From: an uncultured Chthonomonadaceae bacterium
Lineage (GTDB): Bacteria > Armatimonadota > Chthonomonadetes > Chthonomonadales > Chthonomonadaceae
Length of the DNA: 64,000 nucleotides
Direction: 5' to 3'
Assembly (NCBI GenBank): GCA_963835065.1
Contig: CAWIEK010000054.1
Location: 64,001-128,000, forward strand
This document shows, piece after piece, positions 23,428 through 32,638 of this stretch (positions are counted from its first letter, which is position 1; each line of letters begins with the position of its first letter). The translations under genes were made by a program, and so were the position numbers. Under the pieces are notes generated by a model that searched no databases, was not told the DNA's origin, and was given only the letters and a program-made list of their open reading frames with translations.

Positions 23428-24770
23428 CTCCTTACTTCTTCTTCAATCCTTGCCGCGACAGGCGCATACGTGAAATGGGTTTCCAGATGGGCGCGGGCGG
23501 CTTCGCCTAAACTTCGGCCTTCCGCGCGGTCTTCAAAGGCGCGGCGCATCAATTGCCGCAGGTGGGCGCAGGACGGCTCCGCCCAACGGTGGCCGCGATA
23601 CGTGGGGGTTTCGCGCCAGGCGGCTTCGGGCACATCCACGACTTCGTACTCCAGAACGTAGCTGTTGGCCGCGTTCATAAATTCCGTTTGGCCGCTCCAG
23701 CCGGTTGCGATCACGGGCAGTCCCATCGCCATCGCTTCCATGTACGGGCGGCCCCAACCCTCGCCCCGCGACGGCATCACGTAGCAATCGGCGGCGCGGT
23801 ACAGATGGGGCATACGCGCATCCGGTACATTCGCGTCCTGCAGGACAATATCGGGAATGTGATTCAGGTCGCCTTTCAAAACTTCGGAGATGTAGGACGC
23901 CATGCAGTCCAGCATCTGCGCCCCCGTATAGCCGAGCGAACTGTGCGTTTTGACAATCAGCGCGACCTCTTCCCCAACCTGAAACTCCTCCACAAACGCC
24001 CGCAGCAGAACGTCCCACCCCTTGCGCAATGTCCAATCGAAGACGGCCAGAAAATTGAAACCGCGCGCGCCATTGATTTGGAGGGGAACGCAACCGGGAT
24101 TGTACGGCGCTAAATCAATTGCGCCCGGAACCACGCGCAGCTTGTCCCGCTCCACGCCCGCGCCCGCAAACGTTTCCACGTTGAACGCGCTCGGAACCCA
24201 CACGGCATCCATCCGGTTACACGCCTGCGCCCAGCCTTCAGGCAGGCGATCCGTTTCAAACATCGTGCGGCCTATGTTGGCGCGGGCGTTAGGGTCGCGC
24301 TCAAATAGGGGCGCAAGAATATGGCAGACGGAAATTCCTCCCCGAAGCGCGGGCTGCCGCATCAACTGCTGCAAAATCCGCTCCCGTTCGGCGGGCAGGA
24401 CAACGGCCTTATCGCTCCAGCGAATCGCCCGCGCCGCCACCTTCACCCCCGCCTGATGCAAGGCAAACAGAAAATGCCGCGCCTCGTCCGCATACCCGCT
24501 TGGATCGCGCAGGGGAGCGCGCCAGGTCAGGGGAAAGGATGAAGGATGAAGGATGAAGGATGAAGAGTCTGTAGCTGATAGTTGATGGTTGATAGTTGAG
24601 CGCATTTCTTCTGTCTTCTGTCTTCTGCCCTTCTTTCCTATGTATCGGAAAGCGCGGCGTGGAAATTTAGCGGTTTGCAACGGCCTGTAAGACTTACCGG
24701 TTTGCAGGCGGTTGTCTTGTGATGTTTCCAGCCTGTCTGAAGCGCGTTTGAATTCTGCCGACAATTCCAC
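23409..24770 (-). CDS. GT4 glycosyltransferase; start may be ATG at 24605
   Basis: DPSGYADEAR, TMFETDRLP, RKGWDVLL, PSRGEGWGRPYMEAMAMGLPVI. Confidence 0.88.
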   Translation of the reverse strand: MELSAEFKRASDRLETSQDNRLQTGKSYRPLQTAKFPRRAFRYIGKKGRRQKTEEMRSTINHQLSATDSSSFILHPSSFPLTWRAPLRDPSGYADEARHFLFALHQAGVKVAARAIRWSDKAVVLPAERERILQQLMRQPALRGGISVCHILAPLFERDPNARANIGRTMFETDRLPEGWAQACNRMDAVWVPSAFNVETFAGAGVERDKLRVVPGAIDLAPYNPGCVPLQINGARGFNFLAVFDWTLRKGWDVLLRAFVEEFQVGEEVALIVKTHSSLGYTGAQMLDCMASYISEVLKGDLNHIPDIVLQDANVPDARMPHLYRAADCYVMPSRGEGWGRPYMEAMAMGLPVIATGWSGQTEFMNAANSYVLEYEVVDVPEAAWRETPTYRGHRWAEPSCAHLRQLMRRAFEDRAEGRSLGEAARAHLETHFTYAPVAARIEEEVRRVVRSE

Positions 24771-24865
24771 CGGAGTATTTATTGACTATGACAACAGCGC
24801 CACTGGGACACAACCCGCCGGATGAATCGCTTACGGATCGCGCGTCTATAAAAATGGCACTACCG

Positions 24866-24900
24866 TAAAACCATAGAACCCTAAAACCCTGAAACCCTAA
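24866..24900. repeat. AAAACCCT octamer array upstream of cheY
   Basis: 26 nt identical to the reverse complement of the array at 43673-43708. Confidence 0.85.
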
Positions 24901-24916
24901 GAAAAGGAAAATGGAT

Positions 24917-25282
24917 ATGGCAAAACGAGTTTTGATTACGGACGACGCGCTGTTTATGCGGGTCACGCTGCGCAACATTCTGACAAAAGGCGGCTATGAG
25001 GTGGTTGCCGAAGCCGCGAATGGACTGGAAGCGGTGGCGCGGTATCAGGAGTTTCGGCCCGATCTGGTGACAATGGACATCACGATGCCGGAAATGGACG
25101 GAATCACCGCGCTGAAGGAGATTCGGGCGCGCGATCCCCACGCCAACGTTGTTATCTGTACCGCGATGGGGCAAAAATCTATGGTGATGGAAGCGATGTC
25201 TGCCGGGGCCAGAGACTTCATTGTGAAACCGTTTCAGCCGGACAAAGTGATTGAAGCGGTGCAGAAGCTGATTGGAGCATAA
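24917..25282 (+). CDS. cheY: chemotaxis response regulator CheY
   Basis: VLITDDALFMR, DLVTMDITMPEMDG, DFIVKPF. Confidence 0.9.
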   Translation: MAKRVLITDDALFMRVTLRNILTKGGYEVVAEAANGLEAVARYQEFRPDLVTMDITMPEMDGITALKEIRARDPHANVVICTAMGQKSMVMEAMSAGARDFIVKPFQPDKVIEAVQKLIGA

Positions 25283-25291
25283 CGTGGCGCA

Positions 25292-25765
25292 ATGAAAATT
25301 CAGTACATCAATCCGTTTGTAACCGCCTCGTTTACGGTCATCGAGCAGGCACTGGGCATGAAGGCGCAGAAGGGGCCGCTTGCCATGCGGCCGGAACTGT
25401 TCACCACGCAGCAATGCAACATTCTCATCGGCCTGACCGGCAACGTGCATGGACAGATCATCTATGGCATGAGCCTGACCACTGCGGACAAAATCGCTTC
25501 CCTTATGCTGGGACAGCAGGTACGCACATTTAATCAACTGGCGGCAAGCGCGATTGCCGAATTAGGCAACATGATTACGGGCAATGCTTCCGCGCTGCTG
25601 GCCGAAGCCGGAATCGTCTGTGATATTACCCCGCCCACTGTCGTGCGCGGCGCCAACCTGAAAATGACCACGCTGGCAATTCCCGCGCTCGTCGTGCCGC
25701 TGTGCCTGGAATTAGGCGAGATCGAGCTGACGGTGTGTTTGGAGGAGGTAGACGGTAGACGGTAG
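25292..25765 (+). CDS. cheX: chemotaxis phosphatase CheX
   Basis: YINPF, LIGLTG, SAIAELGNMITGNA, DITPP. Confidence 0.9.
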   Translation: MKIQYINPFVTASFTVIEQALGMKAQKGPLAMRPELFTTQQCNILIGLTGNVHGQIIYGMSLTTADKIASLMLGQQVRTFNQLAASAIAELGNMITGNASALLAEAGIVCDITPPTVVRGANLKMTTLAIPALVVPLCLELGEIELTVCLEEVDGRR

Positions 25766-25879
25766 ACGGTAGACGGTAGGAGAACTCCTTCTTGTAAGCT
25801 ACTACTGAAGTTGAGAACTGTGAACGGTAGACGAGTATTTCTACCGTCTACTATCTACCGTCTACCGTCTACCTCCTCC
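25741..25879. repeat. inverted pair of GGTAGAC heptamer arrays between convergent cheX and prs
   Basis: GGAGGAGGTAGACGGTAGAC... mirrored by ...GTCTACCGTCTACCTCCTCC; cheX stop lies in the array. Confidence 0.9.
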
Positions 25880-26874
25880 TAATCAAACAAACTCGTAATA
25901 GACAAATCATTGCTGGCGCGGTGGATGGCTTCGCCGAAGAGGGACGCGACGGAAAGAACCTTTATTTTGGGGTGGTACTTTTCGGGCGGCAGGGGAACGC
26001 TGTCCGTAATGACCACTTCGGCCACTTCGGGGCGGGAACAGATGCGCTCCACCGCGTTGCGGGCTAAAATGCCGTGCGTGGCGGCAATGTAGATTTCGGG
26101 GCGGCAGCCGTGCGCGAGGAGGGCGTCTACCGCCTGAATGATGCTGCCGCCCGTCGTAATCATGTCCTCGATGATAATGGGAATTTTGCCCCGCACGTCG
26201 CCGGCCAGGTGCGTCACTTCCGAAACCATGTGGCCGGGATGGTGCTTGTAGCCGACGGCAAGCGGCGCTTTCAGCGTCTGCACCACTTTGCGCACCTTCT
26301 TCACGCGCCCCTCGTCCGGGGAAACAACCACGATGTTGTCCATGCCGGTATCCCATTTGGAGCCGAAATAATCTATAAACAGCCCGACGGCTTCCAGATG
26401 GTCTACGGGAATGTTGAAAAAGCCTTCGATGGTATCGGCGTGTAAATCCAGGCACATTACGCGGTGCGCGCCTGCGGCTTCAATCAGGTCGGCAACCAGT
26501 TTGGCGGTAATGGGTTCGCGGGGCAGTGCCTTTTTTTCCTGCCGCGCGTAGCCGTAGTAGGGGATGACCGGGGTAATGCGCCAGGTGCTGGCGCGGCGCA
26601 GGGCGTCAATGGCGGACAGCAGCACGATCAAGTTGGTGTCTACGGGCGGGCAGGTCGGCTGAATGATATAGGCGTCGGTGCCTCTCACGCTTTCATCGAA
26701 GCGCACATAGTTTTCGCCGTCGGCAAACTGGCTGTAGTGCATCTTCCCAAGCGGCAGGCCAAGCCACTCCGCTACGGACTGCGCCAGGGCGGGGTTGCCC
26801 GGCCCGGCAAAAATCTTCACTTCACTGTTTCCGCCCGGTTGGTTCTGGTTCAACGCGCGTCCCTTCTTCTCCAT
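25879..26874 (-). CDS. prs: ribose-phosphate pyrophosphokinase
   Basis: FADGE..V, PYYGYARQEK, DLHAD.I.GFF, VVSPD.G, EDMITTGGS, ATHG. Confidence 0.96.
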   Translation of the reverse strand: MEKKGRALNQNQPGGNSEVKIFAGPGNPALAQSVAEWLGLPLGKMHYSQFADGENYVRFDESVRGTDAYIIQPTCPPVDTNLIVLLSAIDALRRASTWRITPVIPYYGYARQEKKALPREPITAKLVADLIEAAGAHRVMCLDLHADTIEGFFNIPVDHLEAVGLFIDYFGSKWDTGMDNIVVVSPDEGRVKKVRKVVQTLKAPLAVGYKHHPGHMVSEVTHLAGDVRGKIPIIIEDMITTGGSIIQAVDALLAHGCRPEIYIAATHGILARNAVERICSRPEVAEVVITDSVPLPPEKYHPKIKVLSVASLFGEAIHRASNDLSITSLFD

Positions 26875-26940
26875 GCTTGCAGGAACACGCGCGTCAGCGT
26901 GGACGGCAACAGTTTGTTCCTTTGTAATTTTCTCTACACT

Positions 26941-26985
26941 AAAGTATAGCCTAAAAGTATAGCCTATCGGGTTTCAGCGTGTCAA
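26941..26985 (-). promoter_or_regulatory. sigma70-like promoter of prs with tandemly duplicated -10 region
   Basis: TTGACA (26985-26980), 18 nt, TATACT; AAAGTATAGCCTA repeated twice at 26941-26966. Confidence 0.55.
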
Positions 26986-27187
26986 CGACAGCATGCTTGG
27001 TGACTGATGGCTGGTAGTTGGTGGCTGGTGATTGGAAATAATACTTACAGCCTCTTGTCAGAACCTGTGCATTATGTTAGAATACTCCTACCCTACAGCG
27101 AATTGTATTCGCTTCGGCGTAGATTTGGTTTTCGATTGATTCAGTTGTGGTCGGTGTGCTTTTGTTTTCGCGAAAGGACGTGTACCC

Positions 27188-27874
27188 ATGACGTGCCCCC
27201 ATTGTGGTTTTCTGATGTCGCCGCTCGATAGTGACTGCGCCCGTTGCCGTCATCGCGGCTATGTGCCGCCTCCTCCGCCTTCCGCCCCAATCCCCAACGC
27301 CCAACACCCAACACCCGCTTATGCCCAAACACCTAATCCCCAATACCCAACCACGCAGCCCTCCCTGCATACCCTGACGGTTGTGGCGTGTTTGATGAGC
27401 ATGGTGGCGTTCGCGAGTCTGGCGATGTTCGGCCTGATGCTGCGTGAACGGCGCATGGTTCGGCAGGAAGCGCAAATCGCTGCCCGGCAGGAAGCGGAAA
27501 TCGCCGCCCTGCGCCGGCAATATGTCGTAGCGCCGGAAGCGCAATTCAACGCGCCCGCTCAGGTTCTGACGCCACAGCCGCAAATCATCCATGTTGAGGT
27601 AAATTCTCCCGCCTACCCGGTTTACGTTCCAACGCCTGTGTACCCGGTGTACGATCCCTTCGCTGAACATAGACGCCTGCACAATGAATTGCTGTACCAA
27701 CAGCAGCAGATGTTCCGGCAGCAAAACGAGGACATGATGCGCCTTCACGCGGCCAATGTGGAGCGCATGAACGCCGACATGCAGCGTATGCGAGACCGGA
27801 TGCAGGATGCGCGCCAGCAAACGCAAAGCGTCCGCGACCTTCACGACCCCTTCAACCCCTTCGGGCGTTTCTGA
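27188..27874 (+). CDS. hypothetical zinc-ribbon / TM / Gln-rich protein
   Basis: CPHCG...CARC, hydrophobic helix; AAGGA RBS; degenerate CCCAAYN heptamers in Pro-rich linker. Confidence 0.65.
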   Translation: MTCPHCGFLMSPLDSDCARCRHRGYVPPPPPSAPIPNAQHPTPAYAQTPNPQYPTTQPSLHTLTVVACLMSMVAFASLAMFGLMLRERRMVRQEAQIAARQEAEIAALRRQYVVAPEAQFNAPAQVLTPQPQIIHVEVNSPAYPVYVPTPVYPVYDPFAEHRRLHNELLYQQQQMFRQQNEDMMRLHAANVERMNADMQRMRDRMQDARQQTQSVRDLHDPFNPFGRF

Positions 27875-27917
27875 ACCGCCGTCCTCCTTCTGCTTTGCAA
27901 TTTATGCGACACAACAG

Positions 27918-27963
27918 CAGCCCGCGTCCTTCCCACCAGCAAGGGAACGACGCGGGCTGTTTT
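27918..27963 (+). terminator. rho-independent terminator
   Basis: CAGCCCGCGTC...GACGCGGGCTG followed by TTTT. Confidence 0.7.
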
Positions 27964-28045
27964 GCGGCAAGTTCCAATTGGCCCTCAACCCCTGCCCCCT
28001 TCTCTCCAAAAACATGAGCAAAGGGGAGCGTGCCGGGGCAGGCTC

Positions 28046-28810
28046 TTAGAACAACTCATGGCTGCCGGTAAAGGTCCCGGAGAACTTCACGGAGTACAGG
28101 ATCGTGGCCTTGTTGGACAGCCAATCCAGGTCGGTGTTGGCGCCACCCTGCGCGCCGTCGCTTTTGCACCAGATAACCAGTGTCCCACTGATGCTCACGC
28201 CATTCTTGGCAAGGGTCATCGTCAGGTCGGCATTGTTGTTACCGGACAGCCCTACCATGCGGTAAAACGGATTGAAGCCGGTGATTGCCGTGGAACTGGT
28301 GATGCCGGTGAAGAAATTCGAGTTCAGCACCGCGTCAACGTTTGGATTGGCTTTCGCGTAAATGACCGTTCCCTGCGTGGTATTCTTCGTCCAGACCGAA
28401 GCCAGATCGCTGGTGTAATAGCCATAAAAGGCTGTGTTGCTGGCAAAGGACGCGGTTCCCGAAGTCGCCTGCCCCGCCTGCGCTCCGTAATTATCCAGGC
28501 CGCCGCCAATGTTGAGCGCGAGGTCCGTAGCGTTCGTGCCCCGCGCGTTCAAGCGCGCAGCCAGATACAGTTTGCCGGTGCGAGCGGGCAGCGTTTTGGT
28601 TTCAATCAGTTTGTAGTTGCCGTCGTAGCGCTGATAATAGCCACTGGTGGTGATGTTGATGACATAGCGCGTATGCGTCTGCTGCGCCTGTGCGCAGGCG
28701 GCGCTGCACAGGGCCAACAATGTCAGCATTGCGGCCAGCGCGCGGGTTTGCAGGGCATGGCTGCGAAGGGAAGCCATGTGGGTCAGAAGGGAAGCGAATC
28801 GGGTGTTCAT
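28046..28810 (-). CDS. secreted hypothetical protein (Thr/Gly/Asn-rich, beta-type)
   Basis: GAGG RBS; signal peptide ending CAQA. Confidence 0.7.
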   Translation of the reverse strand: MNTRFASLLTHMASLRSHALQTRALAAMLTLLALCSAACAQAQQTHTRYVINITTSGYYQRYDGNYKLIETKTLPARTGKLYLAARLNARGTNATDLALNIGGGLDNYGAQAGQATSGTASFASNTAFYGYYTSDLASVWTKNTTQGTVIYAKANPNVDAVLNSNFFTGITSSTAITGFNPFYRMVGLSGNNNADLTMTLAKNGVSISGTLVIWCKSDGAQGGANTDLDWLSNKATILYSVKFSGTFTGSHELF

Positions 28811-29112
28811 AACGTGTCCTCTCTTTTCTCTTGTCGTCGAAGCGCCGGGGCGAAGAACACAGCCGCCGCGTAAAACAACGCTGTTGGATAGAAGCGTTGC
28901 GCAGGTTTGTGTTGTGTCCAGTATAAGCGAATTCGAGCGGAGAACACGTGAGGAAACACACGGCGCAATGTGATTTCGCGCACAATTCAAGCCTATTTTG
29001 AAAGACGCGGAAACAGCCCGCAAAGACAGAGGAAAGACAGATTCAGGTAAGCGGCAGAAGCGCGAATGTGGTACGATAAAGAGGAAATACGTGTGGATTC
29101 GTATACCTTTAC

Positions 29113-29129
29113 AACTTGAATTTCAAGTT
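29113..29129. promoter_or_regulatory. perfect palindrome, candidate operator in divergent promoter region
   Basis: AACTTGAA-T-TTCAAGTT in AT-rich intergenic DNA. Confidence 0.45.
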
Positions 29130-29192
29130 TATCGTCCTATAAATGTAGAAATTCAGTACAGTATTCGCGCGTACACAGGAAGTCGAAGTATT

Positions 29193-30239
29193 ATGCAGGA
29201 AGTCAGTCTTGCCGGGGTTGAAATTGCAAGGATTGAACCCCGAAACATCATGCCGAATGTTTCGGCAGGGCAGCCGCTGGAAGGGTTTTGTCAGCAGGTT
29301 GGCAGGCAGATGGAAGGGCGGGGCTGGCATATTCTGTCGCCGTCCGCAATGGCCGAGCGGATCGCGCAGGAGTTTCGGCAGCGATTTGCCCTGCCCACTC
29401 CCCTCCATTCTTCCCTGCTCGACCTGCTGCAAATTCTGGACATTGCGCTCATCCGCCACGAGGCTGTTGTGGAACCGGTCACGCTGGACTGCGACCCGCA
29501 AACAGGGCAATGGCAGCTTCACCTGTCCGCGCAGCCCGACGCCCGCCAAAACATCCGAATTTTGCAGGGCTTGTTTACGCTCGTCTTCTGGCGGTGCGCG
29601 TACCGCGTGTCGTGGTGGAACGATTGGCGGGAACTGCATGGCGTGGAGAATCCCCGGCGCATGGCGGATGCGTTCGCGTATGCCGTCGCCATGCCGCCCG
29701 ACATTTTGCGCCAGCGCGCCCGTGAGTTCGGGTTGAACATTTGGGAAATGGCCGACGCTTTGGGCGTCACTCCCTCCGGCGCGTTTTACGGCCTGCGCCG
29801 CTATGCGCGTTTCCCGTTCCCGTACTTCCTCGCCCGCCTTGATTTCACGCCCGAACTGGATCAGCAGCAGTTCTTTTTCGATCCCCGCGCCGTGCGCGCC
29901 AAAGTGTGGGCCAAGTTCCTCGCTCGCCCGGAAAATACGCCGGACGATCAGCCCACTACGCTTGACCCGCTGGCCCGCTTTCCGCGCCAGAACAGCATCG
30001 TGGAAGTGAAAAGCTACCCCTACCGCGCCATCAAGTTCCGGCAGCCGCTTATCTGGACCGCCGACAACCTGCTCGGCTTGCCCCTGCCGCAGCCCACCTG
30101 TTTTGTCGCCCGCCCCAATCAGCGCGGAACACAACTGCTGCTCCAGGCCGTTCCCCTCGGCGCGCACCACTTTTTAATGGATCGCGCCCTCCAACTCCAG
30201 CAGGAACAGGCGCGAACCCAACAGAAAAAAGCGGGGTAA
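29193..30239 (+). CDS. ImmA/IrrE (DUF955)-like protein lacking HEXXH
   Basis: RQNIRILQGLF at the R.RFT.AHE.GH position, ADAFAYAVAMP, MADALGVTPSGA. Confidence 0.55.
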   Translation: MQEVSLAGVEIARIEPRNIMPNVSAGQPLEGFCQQVGRQMEGRGWHILSPSAMAERIAQEFRQRFALPTPLHSSLLDLLQILDIALIRHEAVVEPVTLDCDPQTGQWQLHLSAQPDARQNIRILQGLFTLVFWRCAYRVSWWNDWRELHGVENPRRMADAFAYAVAMPPDILRQRAREFGLNIWEMADALGVTPSGAFYGLRRYARFPFPYFLARLDFTPELDQQQFFFDPRAVRAKVWAKFLARPENTPDDQPTTLDPLARFPRQNSIVEVKSYPYRAIKFRQPLIWTADNLLGLPLPQPTCFVARPNQRGTQLLLQAVPLGAHHFLMDRALQLQQEQARTQQKKAG

Positions 30240-30244
30240 ATTTT

Positions 30245-30472
30245 TCACCACAGAGGCACAGAGACACAGAGGTTTCACAGAGAAATACGAGGGAGAGAAG
30301 AAGATAGAAGATATAAGATATTAGCGGGACTGCCTGCAAGCGTGTTGTCTCCTTGAATAATCCTGTTTAATCCTTCTAATCCCGTTAATCCTGTCTATTT
30401 CTTCTCCTTTTCTCCTTTTTTCTTTTCTTCTTCTCTCTGTGAAACCTCTGTGTCTCTGTGCCTCTGTGGTGA
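30245..30472. repeat. composite palindromic element with 39-bp perfect terminal inverted repeat (CACAGAG type), copy 1
   Basis: TCACCACAGAGGCACAGAGACACAGAGGTTTCACAGAGA at both ends; near-identical to 34473-34684. Confidence 0.95.
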
Positions 30473-30476
30473 GGTC

Positions 30477-31778
30477 TCAAATCTCCCCGACTGTGCCGAG
30501 TTCCTGCGCGACGTGTTCCAGGCGGACTTCGCGCTGCGCTTTGGTAGCCTGATTTCGGATGGATACGACGCCGCGCGGCACTTCCTGATCGCCGACCAGA
30601 ACAGCGTAGCGCGCGCCTAAATCATCGGCGCGCTTGATTTGTTTTTTGAAGTTGCCGCCCTTGTAGTCCATATCGGACGCGATGCCCGCCTGCCGCAATT
30701 GTCCCAACAGTTTGACGGCTGCGGGGCGCGTGATGCTTTCATCCCCAAGCGTAATCAGGAAGGCAAGGGGCCGCTCGTCCTCAACCGGCAATTCAATGCC
30801 AAGCGCTTCCAAAGTGATTAAGCACCGCTCCATGCCAAGCCCGAAGCCGATACCGGGGGTTGGCGGGCCGCCGCACTCTTCCACCAGTCCATCGTAACGC
30901 CCGCCGCCGCCCAATGCGTCCTGCGCGCCGAGATTTTTGCCCTTGATCTCGAACGCCGTTTTGGTATAATAGTCGAAGCCGCGTACCAATGTCGGGTCAA
31001 TCACGAACGGCACGTCCAGCGCGGTCAGATAGGTTTGCAGCTTGTCGAAGTGCGCCTGCGAGTCGGCGTCCAGATAATCGGTCAGTTTGGGCGCGTTTTG
31101 CAGCAGGCGCAGGTCGTTGGCGTTTTTGGTATCCAGCATCCGCAGGGGATTCACTTCAAAACGGTGCTGGCCTTCCCCGCTCATTTCCGACAAAAACGGG
31201 CCGACGAACTCGCGAAGGGCTTGTTTGTAACCGGCGCGGGAATCGGGCGTACCCACGGAATTGACGCGCAGTTCCATTTCCGTTATGCCCAATGCGCGAT
31301 AGAAACGCATGGCAAGCGCAATTACTTCCGCGTCTATGGCCGGGTCTTCCGCCCCGAACGCTTCCACGCCTAATTGCTGGTGCTGCCGATACCGCCCTTT
31401 TTGCCCTCGCTCGTAGCGAAAATTCTGCCCGATGTAGTACATTTTGAGGACGGGGTTGTCCACAAGCAGATTTTCCTGGATGCAGGCGCGGGCGACGGGA
31501 GCCGTGCCTTCAGGTTTCATGGTCAGGCTGCGGTCGCTGCCTTCGCGTACGAACGTAAACATCTCCTTGCTGACAATGTCCGTCGCTTCGCCAACCGCGC
31601 GCTTGAACAGGTCGGTAAGTTCCAGAATCGGGGTGCGGATTTCGCGGTAGCCGAACTGTCGGCATGTATCGCGGAAAACGCCTTCCACATAGCGCCACTT
31701 GGCGGTTTGCAGCCACGTTTCTTTCGGTGGCGCAACGGGCAGCACGTCATACGTATCCGGCGGGCGAGAGTATTTCAT
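30477..31778 (-). CDS. hisS: histidine--tRNA ligase
   Basis: EIRTPILE, DIVSKEMF, KPEGTA, FRYER.QKGRYRQ, LVRGFDYY, GGGRYDGL. Confidence 0.97.
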   Translation of the reverse strand: MKYSRPPDTYDVLPVAPPKETWLQTAKWRYVEGVFRDTCRQFGYREIRTPILELTDLFKRAVGEATDIVSKEMFTFVREGSDRSLTMKPEGTAPVARACIQENLLVDNPVLKMYYIGQNFRYERGQKGRYRQHQQLGVEAFGAEDPAIDAEVIALAMRFYRALGITEMELRVNSVGTPDSRAGYKQALREFVGPFLSEMSGEGQHRFEVNPLRMLDTKNANDLRLLQNAPKLTDYLDADSQAHFDKLQTYLTALDVPFVIDPTLVRGFDYYTKTAFEIKGKNLGAQDALGGGGRYDGLVEECGGPPTPGIGFGLGMERCLITLEALGIELPVEDERPLAFLITLGDESITRPAAVKLLGQLRQAGIASDMDYKGGNFKKQIKRADDLGARYAVLVGDQEVPRGVVSIRNQATKAQREVRLEHVAQELGTVGEI

Positions 31779-31894
31779 AATAGAATGTCCTTTGGCAAGA
31801 TGAGCATTGAACCTGTATTGTACGGCACAATGAAAAGACAAGTCAAATGCTTACGCCGTGTGCAGCGTATACAGCCATAAGGAAGGCAGGTGGC

Positions 31895-32638
31895 ATGACC
31901 ACACAAACAGGAAACGAACAAATGGAACGGCCCTGGCGCACGGAATTACTGGTATGCGCGGCGACGTGGATGGAACTGCGGTCATGGTGGCCGCGTGAAG
32001 ACAATCGGGCGCGGTTGGCTGAGGGTGAAATGGCGTACAGCGCCGCGCTGACCTTTGCCGTAACGGGTGTCGGCATCCCCGCGTCGCTGGCGTTTCTCAT
32101 TCGCTTGCTGCAAGAAGCGCGTCCTGCGCGTATATGGAATATCGGCATCGCGGGCGCGTACCCGAACGCCGGTATTAACATTGGCGATATTGTAGTAGGC
32201 ACATCGGAAGTGTATGGCGACATCGGCTTTGAACTGCCCGCTGAACCCGGCTTTCAATCCATCCAAACCTCACCTTTTGCCGGCAAGCTGTACGCGGAAC
32301 CCCTGCTCCTGCAAGTAGAACCGGAATGGGTCGCCCCCCTAACCAACAGCAACGCGCGCTCGTATCAGGTGCACGGGGGCAGGGGATGCACAGTCAACCA
32401 ATGTACAGGTACGCCCGAAACCGGCAACCTGCGCGAACAAATGTTCAATGTCGCGTTTGAAAGCATGGAAGGCGCGGCGATAGCGCAGGCCGGGCAGATG
32501 TTCCACATCCCGGTCAGCGAAATCCGCGCCATCAGCAACATCGCCTCCACCCGCGACATGCAGCCCGACAACATACGCCTTGCCATCGCCAATCTGCGCG
32601 ATTATCTGGAACGAATACCCAAAATCCAACACTCATGA
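31895..32638 (+). CDS. mqnB: futalosine hydrolase
   Basis: AAT..E, TGVG, NIGIAGAY, TVNQCTGT, ESMEGAA, EIRAISN; ATGA-coupled to mqnD. Confidence 0.88.
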   Translation: MTTQTGNEQMERPWRTELLVCAATWMELRSWWPREDNRARLAEGEMAYSAALTFAVTGVGIPASLAFLIRLLQEARPARIWNIGIAGAYPNAGINIGDIVVGTSEVYGDIGFELPAEPGFQSIQTSPFAGKLYAEPLLLQVEPEWVAPLTNSNARSYQVHGGRGCTVNQCTGTPETGNLREQMFNVAFESMEGAAIAQAGQMFHIPVSEIRAISNIASTRDMQPDNIRLAIANLRDYLERIPKIQHS

